Source of the DNA: an uncultured Muribaculaceae bacterium
Lineage (GTDB): Bacteria > Bacteroidota > Bacteroidia > Bacteroidales > Muribaculaceae
Length of the DNA stretch: 64,000 nt
Direction of reading: 5' to 3'
Assembly: GCA_948788915.1 (NCBI GenBank)
Contig: CAQFOZ010000002.1
Span: 11,407-75,406, forward strand
In this document: piece by piece, positions 50,089-59,937 of the stretch
How positions within the stretch are numbered: the stretch's first letter is position 1
Layout: each line of letters begins with the position of its first letter
The notes under the pieces: generated by a model
What the model was told of the DNA's origin: nothing
Databases searched by the model: none
The model's input: only the letters and a program-made list of their open reading frames with translations
Made by a program: the position numbers and the translations under genes

Positions 50089-52062
50089 ATGATCAGATAC
50101 AGATTAAGAAGATTTTTAAGTCGTTTGGCGATAATCCTGATTCCGGTATTGGCGGCGGCATGCGCCAATATCGGCAACCCGTCGGGCGGCGCACGCGACG
50201 AGGACGCACCGATATATGTTTCTTCAAATCCACCTCAAGGCTCTCTCAATGTGGACAAAACGCGCATATCCATAACCTTCAACGAACTCATCAACGTAAA
50301 GGACGCTTTCTCAAAAGTAGTGGTTTCCCCACCGTCCCGACAGGTGCCCCGCGTCTCTTCCATAGGACGCAGGGTAAACGTTGTGTTCGACTCCCTGATG
50401 CCAAACACAACATACACAATAGATTTCGCAGATGCAATCGAAGACAACAACGAAGGGAACAAATTGGAAGGCTTTGCCTATACATTCTCGACCGGTGCCA
50501 CCATCGATTCTCTTCGCATCTCCGGAATGGTGCTAAATGCCCGTGATCTCGAACCCCGGAAAGGAATACTTGTAGGAGTCCACGAGAATCTGTCAGATAC
50601 TGCATTTTCAAAAATTCCGTTTGTACGAATCGCAAAAACAGATGACCGCGGCCGCTTCACGATTCGGGGACTGCGCGACACCACATATACTGTTTTCGCC
50701 CTCGATGACAAGGATAACGATTATAAATACGCGAATCCGGAAGAGGACCTTGCCTTCTACCCTATAACCGTGAGACCTACTTCCGAACGCATAGAAGTAC
50801 TCGACACAACATATAATCATCTTGGCGAAACCGACACGGTAGCGACACGGATTCGAACCAGATTCCTGCCTAACGACATATTGCTCCGCACTTTCAATTC
50901 CTTGAAACGACCGCAATATCTCACTAAATACGAACGTATAGACTCCACCAAATTATACTTCAAATTTAACACTGCGTCAGACCGTTTCCCGGAAATGTCT
51001 GTTGTGGATCCTGAAAAACTGCCTTTTGAAGGTGCAATCCTGGAACGCAATATAACAAATGATTCGCTTATCTATTGGTTGCCGGATAAACTTGTCAGAA
51101 CTGACTCGTTAAAGATTGCCGCAACATATCTGCGCACTGACTCAACCGGAAACCTAACGCAATTTGCCGACACTCTTAAATTTTATACAAACAAGCCTCG
51201 TGTGCCCAAAAAGAAAAAGAAAGACGAGAAAAAAGTCCCCCTGAATCCCGAAGATTCAATAAAAAACATAACCTTGGGTGTGAAATTCGCCACAACCACA
51301 CAGGAAGTGAACCTTCCTGTGGATTTTGAATTCGACACTCCGCTTTCCAGACTCGACACCACAGCCTTCACTCTTGAAATGATGGTTGATACGTTATGGA
51401 GAAAAGTACCAAAAAATTGGCAGATTACCCAGCGTGATTCTGTATCGCCACGGCATTTCCAGTTGACATATCCCTGGGATTATGACACAAAATACCGTGT
51501 AACGGCCGACACCATGGCCGCAATAGGAATATACGGCAAACCCACTCGTCCTTTGTCTCATGAATTTGCCTCTAAAAAAGAGGAAGATTACTGCACTCTT
51601 ACTTTCAATATAAAAGGAGGAGATCCGGACGTACCTTTATTCGTGGAATTGTTGTCAAGTGCCGATGCCATTGTAAAGGCAGAGCCGGTTGTAAATAATA
51701 AAGTGACTTTCAAATACATTGCTCCAGGCAAGTTTTATGCACGCCTCATTGAAGATTACAATGGCAACGGAGAATATGATACAGGTGATTATGATTTGAA
51801 ATTGGAACCGGAGCTCGCATACTATTATCCCAAAGTAATAAATATCAAGAAAAACTGGGATAAGGAAGAGGAATGGGACATATTTGCTACAGCTATAGAT
51901 CTCATGAAACCGGAAAGCATAAAGAAAAACAAACCGGAAAGGAAGAAACATCAGGACAACGACAACAATTATGAGGAGGAAGAAGAGGAAGAAATCTTCG
52001 ATCCTACGGCAAATCCGTTCGACCCTAACTCAAAGAACAGACGCAAGACGGGCAAATATTGA
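50089..52062 (+). CDS. Lipoprotein with Ig-like (Big_5) domain
   Basis: Lipobox LAAAC, CANIGNPSGG..DEDAP, ITFNE, NTTYTIDF.DAI.DNNEGN. Confidence 0.85.
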   Translation: MIRYRLRRFLSRLAIILIPVLAAACANIGNPSGGARDEDAPIYVSSNPPQGSLNVDKTRISITFNELINVKDAFSKVVVSPPSRQVPRVSSIGRRVNVVFDSLMPNTTYTIDFADAIEDNNEGNKLEGFAYTFSTGATIDSLRISGMVLNARDLEPRKGILVGVHENLSDTAFSKIPFVRIAKTDDRGRFTIRGLRDTTYTVFALDDKDNDYKYANPEEDLAFYPITVRPTSERIEVLDTTYNHLGETDTVATRIRTRFLPNDILLRTFNSLKRPQYLTKYERIDSTKLYFKFNTASDRFPEMSVVDPEKLPFEGAILERNITNDSLIYWLPDKLVRTDSLKIAATYLRTDSTGNLTQFADTLKFYTNKPRVPKKKKKDEKKVPLNPEDSIKNITLGVKFATTTQEVNLPVDFEFDTPLSRLDTTAFTLEMMVDTLWRKVPKNWQITQRDSVSPRHFQLTYPWDYDTKYRVTADTMAAIGIYGKPTRPLSHEFASKKEEDYCTLTFNIKGGDPDVPLFVELLSSADAIVKAEPVVNNKVTFKYIAPGKFYARLIEDYNGNGEYDTGDYDLKLEPELAYYYPKVINIKKNWDKEEEWDIFATAIDLMKPESIKKNKPERKKHQDNDNNYEEEEEEEIFDPTANPFDPNSKNRRKTGKY

Positions 52063-52099
52063 TTTCTCTTCCGACCGGAAAATCTACAAAAGAGCAAAA

Positions 52100-52918
52100 T
52101 TACTTACTTACAATATTGCTGAAAAGACTCCATCCGTTAGCGTGGGAATATGCTTTCTCGCAACCAGGACTTACGACAAGCCGGCAACGGGCATAAGCCT
52201 CGGCATCATCCGGTTCAAACAGATAGCTGTCGCAATCAAACGCAGGCGGAACCGGAGATAGTTCTTCGATTACAGACAGTGATACGCACCCGCTGAAAAT
52301 CAGTTCGCCAAGCATATTGCTGTTTTCAGGCAACCGGACTTTCTTAAGCGAAACGCAGTCGGAGAACGCATATGACTCAAGCTCTTTTATATTCTTTGGG
52401 AGTAACACTTGTGTCATAGACGTGCAACGTGAAAACACATTGCTTCCTATATGCCTCACACTCTCGGGAATATCAATACCCTCAAGCGAGGCGCAATATA
52501 TGAAAGAATGCGAGCCTATGTCCTCAAGTCGAGATGGCAATTCCACTCGTTCCAGTTCCCCACATCCTGCAAAAGTATATTTGGAAAGAGTGCGGAGCGA
52601 TTCCGGAAGGACAACATTCCTGAGCCCGCATTCACGGAATGCTCCTTCCCCTATCCTAAGAAGCCCTTCGGGTAAAATAATCCCTTTCATATTTCCACAC
52701 CCTAAAAAGGCATATTCCCCTATTTCTTTGAGTTGAAAAGCCTTCGAGGCATCTACAAATTTAATATTCTCGTTATCGGCATATTGATACGCCTCAATCT
52801 CTTTGACTACGCTTCCGATTATGAGAACAGAATCTTTAAGACAAGTTTCCGTTCCTTTGGCAAAGCAAGGCACAACCGTTACCGCAAGAAGAATGACTGC
52901 ACTCCTGAATCTATTCAC
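52100..52918 (-). CDS. BspA-type leucine-rich repeat (LRR_5) protein
   Basis: Repeated LPxxLxxIGxxAFxxC; signal peptide. Confidence 0.9.
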   Translation of the reverse strand: MNRFRSAVILLAVTVVPCFAKGTETCLKDSVLIIGSVVKEIEAYQYADNENIKFVDASKAFQLKEIGEYAFLGCGNMKGIILPEGLLRIGEGAFRECGLRNVVLPESLRTLSKYTFAGCGELERVELPSRLEDIGSHSFIYCASLEGIDIPESVRHIGSNVFSRCTSMTQVLLPKNIKELESYAFSDCVSLKKVRLPENSNMLGELIFSGCVSLSVIEELSPVPPAFDCDSYLFEPDDAEAYARCRLVVSPGCEKAYSHANGWSLFSNIVSK

Positions 52919-52924
52919 AGATCT

Positions 52925-53110
52925 TAAGTAAGTATTTAAATTTAAACGATAGCAAGTGTTTTAAAATCTTTTATGCTTACTGCGGTTTCTTTTTGGCCAC
53001 TTACGGATTGTCGCTCAGTCGCATATGCATATATGCTCCATCGCTCCGCACCGTAATAGCCTCAAAAATAAACTCGCATTAAGTATAAATTAAATTTGAA
53101 CACTTACTTA
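52925..53110. mobile_element. Palindromic MITE/RPE-like element A
   Basis: 20 bp terminal inverted repeats (18/20); internal CAGTCGCATA-N6-TATGCTCC core shared with the 56090 element. Confidence 0.65.
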
Positions 53111-53149
53111 TTTTATAAATTGTCAAAACTGGTTTTTCAAGGTTACCAC

Positions 53150-53731
53150 CTATCGTACATCCCTGAGAATTTCCGGTTTGAATTCCGGAGGAAGAATCTT
53201 TCCGGGATCTACTGAGTCCACACGGGTCACAACAATCTTGCTGTCTCCCCGCCATGGAAGTGTCGTATGATATTTGTTATATACCACACGCACTGGCATA
53301 TTGGCATAAAGCATCCTGCGCAACTTGGCAGCGACTTCCGGAACAGCCGTAAAAACAAAATCTTCACGGTAGACACGTGTCGTGTCCATTATCTCCCGAT
53401 ATGGAAGAATAACACCCTCATATGTTTTGAACAACGTGCCCCTTCTCTCTATATTCTCAACATATCCGTATTGGGTTGACTCCTCCACATACGGAGTGAA
53501 ATAATATATATAGCCTATTACAGCAAGCACGACAACCACACCGGTAGCAATAAGCCATATTTTCCATTTATCGCGTCTGCGTGGGTCAAGCGGTCTCAAA
53601 TGTTCAAACTCCGATTCAGGTTGCTCCCAATAACGCGGATCCTCCGGAGAATATTCCGGCTCCTTTACTTTCTTTTCTTTGTTTACAATCTCTTCGTCGA
53701 AGAAATCCTCTTTATCGTCATTTAAATTCAT
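53150..53731 (-). CDS. Hypothetical single-TM protein
   Basis: Acidic N-terminus, one TM, GYVENIERRGTLFKTYEG. Confidence 0.7.
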   Translation of the reverse strand: MNLNDDKEDFFDEEIVNKEKKVKEPEYSPEDPRYWEQPESEFEHLRPLDPRRRDKWKIWLIATGVVVVLAVIGYIYYFTPYVEESTQYGYVENIERRGTLFKTYEGVILPYREIMDTTRVYREDFVFTAVPEVAAKLRRMLYANMPVRVVYNKYHTTLPWRGDSKIVVTRVDSVDPGKILPPEFKPEILRDVR

Positions 53732-53738
53732 TGCAAGA

Positions 53739-54776
53739 TCAAGATTCCTTTTTAATTACTTTTTTTGTGTTTTTATCCAACGATATAAATATCATTGTAA
53801 AGATCCCTAAAGCTATTAGCATTACAGTCTGTCCGGACCACTGCAACATTGAGAAGGCCGTGCCGTCTGCCGCAGATATACCGTAAATAGCCAGGCCAAA
53901 CATTATTGCCAGATTCCAAGGTCCAAGACCACCGTTAGAGGGGACGGCCATGCCTATTGAACTCAACACAAATGCCACCAGACATGGTGTAAGCCCAAAT
54001 GCAAGACCCGGCTCAGCACATAATTCCCGAGTAAAAGGGAAAGCGAAAAAAGCCACATACAGCTGTATATAGTAGCAAAACCATATTGCCAGAGAATAGA
54101 ACACAAACATCCATTTACCGTCCATTTTCGCAACAACAGCAAAACCTTGCCACATCTCATTCACCCACACCTTTATCTTTCTTACCGGACCAAAATTTCC
54201 ACAAAAATGAAAAATCGCCCATACCAGCACAATGGTTATTGCAGACAATATCCACGTCCAGGCATTATTTATCATTTCCACAAACTCCTTACCTACCGGA
54301 TATCTTGAAAGAAACGCATTTATTGCCGGGGCTGCCACTATAAATGTCAGCACCAACAGCAGGAGCACGCATGCCGTATCTGTCAGGCGATCCGCAACCA
54401 TTGAACCCAGAACCTTGGTAAACGGAGCCTCCTGACGTCGGGATATATATGTACACCTCCACACCTCTCCAAGTCTCGGGAACAACAGATTCAGAGCATA
54501 ACATCCGAATACAGAGCAACACAGAGCCATTAGCGGTGCGTCTATATCCAGACTTTTAAGCTGTATGCGCCAGCGCAACGCTCTGAACACATGCGATAAT
54601 ATACTTATACCCATCGCGCAGAGAATCCACCAATAATCCACCCCATGACGCAATATCTCCATCATGTCCGAGAAGTTTACCTTCCTGAACATATAGCCGA
54701 CAAGCAGTACAGTCAGCGCAAGAGGTATAAGCCATTTAACTAGATAACCGGCAAGCTTCTTTTTAGAGATGCTCAT
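53739..54776 (-). CDS. Lysylphosphatidylglycerol-synthase TM / flippase-like (UPF0104) protein
   Basis: RALRW, NLLFPRLGEVWRC, PSNGGLGPW. Confidence 0.88.
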   Translation of the reverse strand: MSISKKKLAGYLVKWLIPLALTVLLVGYMFRKVNFSDMMEILRHGVDYWWILCAMGISILSHVFRALRWRIQLKSLDIDAPLMALCCSVFGCYALNLLFPRLGEVWRCTYISRRQEAPFTKVLGSMVADRLTDTACVLLLLVLTFIVAAPAINAFLSRYPVGKEFVEMINNAWTWILSAITIVLVWAIFHFCGNFGPVRKIKVWVNEMWQGFAVVAKMDGKWMFVFYSLAIWFCYYIQLYVAFFAFPFTRELCAEPGLAFGLTPCLVAFVLSSIGMAVPSNGGLGPWNLAIMFGLAIYGISAADGTAFSMLQWSGQTVMLIALGIFTMIFISLDKNTKKVIKKES

Positions 54777-54825
54777 ATTGTTTTGTTAAATCGAATTTTA
54801 CCTGCAAAATTAATCAAATTCCACC

Positions 54826-55563
54826 CTACAGCAAAAATTCCACCTCCTTGAATGCATATTCAAGTATTTCTCCTGTTTCCACATTCTTTACAGACAGGAA
54901 ACCCATAGGTGCCACATCTTTAATTATTCCGGTGTAACATTCCCCGGTACGACAGTCTCGGAATCCATACCCGATTCCGTCTCCTCTCCATAAATTCTTC
55001 ACAAACCTCCTGTGAGTCTCTTCTCTGCCACTGTCTGTTTCAAGCCTCTTTATGCCCTCCGTAAGAATCGACACATATTGTTCCAACAGCATTTCGAGAT
55101 TATATTCCTGTCCTGTAAGCTGAGTCGCAGACACCGGATTAGGTGCATCACTAAAGAACTTTTTTTGATTTATATTGACACCTATCCCGGCTACCGTCCT
55201 GTCAAGATTCATTCCAAGCACTGAGTGTTCTATCAGAATACCGCATATCTTCTTATCTCCCACATATACATCATTAGGCCACTTTACTTTAGCATCTATA
55301 TCAATACCGGCAAGCAGGTCTATCACCGCAAGCGCGACTGCTTCACTTATCGAGAATTGATTCCGGGCCGGGAAACTCACAGGATGCCACATAACGGAAA
55401 ATGACAGATTCTTGCCCGCCTCCGATTCCCAGCTGTTCCCTTTCTGCCCGCGTCCATTGGTCTGGGAACGTGTGGCAAGAACAATTCCGCCAGTATTCTT
55501 TTGGTCATATTCCAGAACCGCTGAGTTAGTTGATGTTGTCTCGTCAATCCAGATTATTATCAT
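54826..55563 (-). CDS. birA: Biotin--acetyl-CoA-carboxylase ligase
   Basis: TTSTN, QTNGRGQ, KWPND, KICGIL, GIGVN. Confidence 0.95.
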   Translation of the reverse strand: MIIIWIDETTSTNSAVLEYDQKNTGGIVLATRSQTNGRGQKGNSWESEAGKNLSFSVMWHPVSFPARNQFSISEAVALAVIDLLAGIDIDAKVKWPNDVYVGDKKICGILIEHSVLGMNLDRTVAGIGVNINQKKFFSDAPNPVSATQLTGQEYNLEMLLEQYVSILTEGIKRLETDSGREETHRRFVKNLWRGDGIGYGFRDCRTGECYTGIIKDVAPMGFLSVKNVETGEILEYAFKEVEFLL

Positions 55564-55976
55564 TCCGAAACTATAATTGTGCGTGAGTTATCGTCATTCA
55601 CCCTTATTTCCACTTCCACCACATCATCAGGCAGATGTCCTTCCGCCATCTCGGGCCATTCTATAAGACACACGGAGCCATTGTCCCAATAATCTTCCAC
55701 CCCCATGTCAAGTAGCTCCTCTTCATCTTTAATCCTGTAAAAATCAAAATGATATATCGGCATCCCGTCGGGGCGAGCATATTCATTCACAATACTGAAT
55801 GTCGGACTTGAAGCCTCATCACTGCTACCAAGCTCGGCACATAACGCTGATATAAAAGTGGTCTTGCCGGCTCCCATAGGGGCGCGGAATACATAATGAA
55901 GACGCCCTTGCATGGCAGCCACGAATTTTGCGGCCGCATCCGCCAACATTTCAGGTGAGCCTACATTGATTTCCAT
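55560..55976 (-). CDS. tsaE: tRNA t6A biosynthesis ATPase
   Basis: MGAGKTT, SSPTFSIVNEY, HFDFYR, IEWPE. Confidence 0.96.
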   Translation of the reverse strand: MEINVGSPEMLADAAAKFVAAMQGRLHYVFRAPMGAGKTTFISALCAELGSSDEASSPTFSIVNEYARPDGMPIYHFDFYRIKDEEELLDMGVEDYWDNGSVCLIEWPEMAEGHLPDDVVEVEIRVNDDNSRTIIVSE

Positions 55977-56089
55977 GTTATTCTTGTTATATTCGGTTTT
56001 TGAATGCTAAATTACTCAATAGAATTCAATTTCAAGTAAAATAGAGACTAAAGTTTAATTAATATTGATTATATTTGCGGATATATAGC

Positions 56090-56298
56090 TTAGAGAGTGT
56101 TTGAATTTAACACGAATTATATTTAAAGAGGATATTTGAGATTCTTTTCATCCACCTGAAGGATCTTTCCGGTGAATTTACCGGGATTTTATCAGTCGCA
56201 TAGCCCGCTATGCTCCTTCTTCATCCCGATAAATTCCCTCGAAAATCTCTCTTCAGGTGAATGAAAGTTAAACCCAAACACTCTCTTAGAGAGTGTTT
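56090..56298. mobile_element. Palindromic MITE/RPE-like element B
   Basis: TTA-GAGAGTGTTTG...CAAACACTCTC-TTA, long internal inverted repeats, shared core, then a partial copy of the left end. Confidence 0.7.
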
Positions 56299-56327
56299 CT
56301 TAAATCAGAAAAAAATTTAGACAGAAT

Positions 56328-57524
56328 ATGGGAAAAGTTCTTATTATCGGAGCCGGTGGCGTTGGAACGGTCGTGGCTCATAAATGCGCACAGAATCCGG
56401 AGGTGTTTTCTGAAATTGTACTCGCCTCCCGCACAAAATCAAAATGCGATAAAATAGCTGCCGAAATAGGCAAAGCAAATATTGTTACAGATCAGGTTGA
56501 CGCCGATTCAGTAGAGCAACTTGTGGAACTCTTCAACCGCCATAAGCCGGATATCTGCATAAATGTGGCCCTCCCGTATCAGGACCTCACAATTATGGAG
56601 GCCTGTCTTAAATGCGGCGTAAATTATCTCGACACCGCCAACTATGAGCCCAAAGACGAGGCCCATTTCGAATATTCCTGGCAGTGGGCATACCGCAAGC
56701 GTTTTGAAGACGCAGGACTCACAGCAATTCTCGGATGCGGTTTTGATCCGGGCGTATCAGCCGTTTTCGTGGCTTATGCCACAAAACACCATTTCTCCGA
56801 GATGCGCTATCTGGATATAGTAGACTGCAATGCCGGCAACCACGGAAAAGCGTTCGCAACCAACTTCAATCCAGAAATCAACATTCGTGAAATCACCCAG
56901 AAAGGGAAATACTGGGAAGACGGCAAATGGGTAGAAACCGAGAATCTTGAGATACACCGGCCGTTGACCTATCCCAATATCGGTGAACGCGAATCATATC
57001 TGCTCTACCATGAGGAGCTTGAAAGTCTCGTCCAGAACTTCCCCTCTATCCGCAGAGCACGTTTCTGGATGACATTCGGACAAGAATATCTCACACATCT
57101 CCGTGTTATCCAGGATATAGGCATGGCGCGTATAGATCCTGTGATGTACAACGGGCAGGAAATCGTACCTATCCAGTTCCTTAAGGCGGTGCTCCCCGAT
57201 CCGGGATCGCTCGGAGAGAACTATACAGGAGAGACATCTATCGGTTGCCGCATAAAAGGGCTTGACAAGAAAGGCAACGAGTCTACTTATTATATCTACA
57301 ACAACTGTTCTCATCAGGAGGCTTACAAGGAAACAGGTGCACAGGCAGTAAGCTATACCACCGGTGTTCCTGCAATGGTTGGAGCATACATGTTCCTGAC
57401 AGGGAAATGGGTAATGCCCGGTGTGCACAATGTGGAGGAATTCAATCCGGATCCGTTCCTTGAAAAACTGGCGAACTCCGGACTCACCTGGCACGTGATC
57501 GAGAATGGAGATATCGAGCTTTGA
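56328..57524 (+). CDS. Carboxynorspermidine dehydrogenase (saccharopine dehydrogenase family)
   Basis: GAGGVG, NVALPYQDL, YLDTANYEP, ATNFNPEINIRE, YHEELESL. Confidence 0.9.
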   Translation: MGKVLIIGAGGVGTVVAHKCAQNPEVFSEIVLASRTKSKCDKIAAEIGKANIVTDQVDADSVEQLVELFNRHKPDICINVALPYQDLTIMEACLKCGVNYLDTANYEPKDEAHFEYSWQWAYRKRFEDAGLTAILGCGFDPGVSAVFVAYATKHHFSEMRYLDIVDCNAGNHGKAFATNFNPEINIREITQKGKYWEDGKWVETENLEIHRPLTYPNIGERESYLLYHEELESLVQNFPSIRRARFWMTFGQEYLTHLRVIQDIGMARIDPVMYNGQEIVPIQFLKAVLPDPGSLGENYTGETSIGCRIKGLDKKGNESTYYIYNNCSHQEAYKETGAQAVSYTTGVPAMVGAYMFLTGKWVMPGVHNVEEFNPDPFLEKLANSGLTWHVIENGDIEL

Positions 57525-57558
57525 TACCAACGTCCGAAAGGATATACAACCGCTTATA

Positions 57559-59937
57559 ATGAAGAAATTATTTCTAATATCAGCCGTTGCCCTGCATATG
57601 GGGGCAACGGTTTTTGCTTTGCCTTCACGACAAGGCAACTGGATTACACAGCAGGACAATACTTTTTTTCTAAACACGGAAAAGAACACAGTTGCCATTA
57701 CCCCATATGGGAATGATATCTTTCAGGTAACATCAATACCGGAGGGAACCGATAATTTCACGCTGCCGCACTCGCAGGCCGTTGTACTCAACCCGTCGCC
57801 TGTACAACCTGTGTCTTTTGCTACAGCAAACGAATTCTCCCTGTACACTCCCTCCGTTATTGTAAAAGTAGACCGCGCTACCGGAAAAGTTTCTTTTGAG
57901 AACAGACAGGGAGAAACACTTATTGAGGAGGCTTCCGGAGTCGACAACAGCCGTGATCTCAAAACCGTCACATTCAAGACACCGAAAGGCGACACTTTCT
58001 ACGGAGCCGGAGAAAAAGGACATTCCCTGGCTCTCAACGGAGACACTCTCACCCTTTACAACCGGCAGAACTACGGCTATACATACAATGATTCCCGAAT
58101 CAACCAGATGGGCATAACCATGCCGTATTTCGCATCCGACAAAGGGTATGGCATCCTCATTGACGATTACAACTCCGCAAAGCTGATCCTGGGAGATGAT
58201 AAAATCCGTTATGAATCACAAACACCGAAATCCCTATCCTACTATTTTATCAACGGAAACGGCAGTCTTAAGGGAGTCACATCAAATTTCACTCTCCTGA
58301 CAGGACGCCAGAATCTGCCACCTTTCTGGAGTCTCGGGTACATCACTTCCAAATACGGCTACCACACACAGGACGAAGCTTTAGGAGCAATCGACTCTAT
58401 CAAACAGATGGGGCTGCCTGTAGACGGAATCATTTTCGATCTTTACTGGTATGGAGTTGAGACAGATATGGGGCGTCTGCAGTGGTATAAGAAACAATTC
58501 CCGGACCATAAAGCCATGCTTGATTCGCTCAATAAAATGGGTGTGCATACAGTGCTTATATCCCAGCCTTATATTAACAAAAAAGGTGCGATCGACAATT
58601 ATAACGAGTTGAATGCCGGTGGCATGCTCACTCACGATGCAACCGGTGCGACAAAGGACGTTACAACATGGGTCGGAGATGCCGGCATGTTCGATATCGC
58701 CAATCCGCATACACGCAATTGGCTGTGGAACCGTCTGAAACCCCTCACTGCGGAGGGTCTTTCAGGCTGGTGGGGAGATCTCGGTGAGCCGGAAGTGCAT
58801 CCGCTTGAGATCGTACATGCAAACGGAGAAACAGCCGAACAATTCCATAATGCCTATGGCAACGAATGGTCAAGACTCATATACAACGGGCTGCGCAAGG
58901 ATTTCCCCGATATGCGCCCACTGCTTATGATGCGCGGAGGCACAACCGGACTGCAGCGTTATTCAGTATTCCCGTGGACAACCGACGTATCCCGCTCATG
59001 GGGCGGACTCCGTCCGCAGGTAAACCTGATGCTGAGCTCCGGACTGTCCGGACTTGGATACATGAGCTCCGACATCGGTGGATTTGCCGTTGATCCCGAA
59101 AAGCCGTATCTTCCGGAACTTTATCTCCGCTGGCTTGAGATGGGAGCTTTTACTCCCATCTTACGAACTCACGCGCAATTTAAACCTGAACCTTATCATT
59201 ACCCGCAATATGCCAAGGCCATACAACGTATCGTAAAAATGCGATACGAATGGCTTCCCTATAATTATACTCTCGCATATGAGAATGCCCGATACGGATG
59301 GCCGCTTGCCCGCCCTCTGAATTTCTACTCAAAAGATCCGTCCGGAAAACTGTCCGACGTGCAGGATGAGTACCTTTGGGGACGCGACGTTCTTGTAGCC
59401 CCCGTCATGAAAGATGGCATACGGTCAAGAAAAGTCATTTTTCCCGACGGTGAATGGGTAAACTGGCACAACACAGCTCTTAAGTATACCGGAGGTAAGG
59501 AATATGCCGTAAAGGCTCCGCTCGGACAACTTCCCCTGTTTGTAAGGACAGGCAGTTTCATTCCGCAATACACTAAGCAGATAGAAAACACATCCAAATA
59601 TGACCCTTCAAAACTTACTGTAAAATATTTCGCATCGGATAAAGAATCGGAATATACACTGTTTGAAGATGACCGTCGGAATCCCGAATCATTACAGGAG
59701 AACAAATATCAGCTGATACATTTCAAAGCCGGTTATTCTAAAAAAGGACACACCATAGACATCACTGCAGAAGGCTCATATACCGGTATGCCAGCAGAAA
59801 GGGAGATTACTCTTGAAGTGATTGGTATTAGTCGTCCGGCAAAAGTCTCCGCACCTAAATGGAGTTACAATGCGGCGACACGCACACTCACAGCCACTGT
59901 CATTCTAAAGAACTCAGCCTCACTGACATTTATATGA
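57559..59937 (+). CDS. Secreted GH31 alpha-glucosidase/transglucosylase
   Basis: WWGDLGEPE nucleophile motif, WTTD, SDIGGF; ATG at 57559 gives the signal peptide. Confidence 0.93.
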   Translation: MKKLFLISAVALHMGATVFALPSRQGNWITQQDNTFFLNTEKNTVAITPYGNDIFQVTSIPEGTDNFTLPHSQAVVLNPSPVQPVSFATANEFSLYTPSVIVKVDRATGKVSFENRQGETLIEEASGVDNSRDLKTVTFKTPKGDTFYGAGEKGHSLALNGDTLTLYNRQNYGYTYNDSRINQMGITMPYFASDKGYGILIDDYNSAKLILGDDKIRYESQTPKSLSYYFINGNGSLKGVTSNFTLLTGRQNLPPFWSLGYITSKYGYHTQDEALGAIDSIKQMGLPVDGIIFDLYWYGVETDMGRLQWYKKQFPDHKAMLDSLNKMGVHTVLISQPYINKKGAIDNYNELNAGGMLTHDATGATKDVTTWVGDAGMFDIANPHTRNWLWNRLKPLTAEGLSGWWGDLGEPEVHPLEIVHANGETAEQFHNAYGNEWSRLIYNGLRKDFPDMRPLLMMRGGTTGLQRYSVFPWTTDVSRSWGGLRPQVNLMLSSGLSGLGYMSSDIGGFAVDPEKPYLPELYLRWLEMGAFTPILRTHAQFKPEPYHYPQYAKAIQRIVKMRYEWLPYNYTLAYENARYGWPLARPLNFYSKDPSGKLSDVQDEYLWGRDVLVAPVMKDGIRSRKVIFPDGEWVNWHNTALKYTGGKEYAVKAPLGQLPLFVRTGSFIPQYTKQIENTSKYDPSKLTVKYFASDKESEYTLFEDDRRNPESLQENKYQLIHFKAGYSKKGHTIDITAEGSYTGMPAEREITLEVIGISRPAKVSAPKWSYNAATRTLTATVILKNSASLTFI

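Noticed and set aside
57505..57558. ORF-track starts for GH31 (57505) and GT2 (59859)
   Set aside because: They overlap upstream genes; starts at 57559 and 59934 give a proper signal peptide and family N-terminus
56994..57698. Long antisense ORFs (also 25885-26484, 27802-28377, 13056-13586)
   Set aside because: Shadows of well-supported genes on the opposite strand
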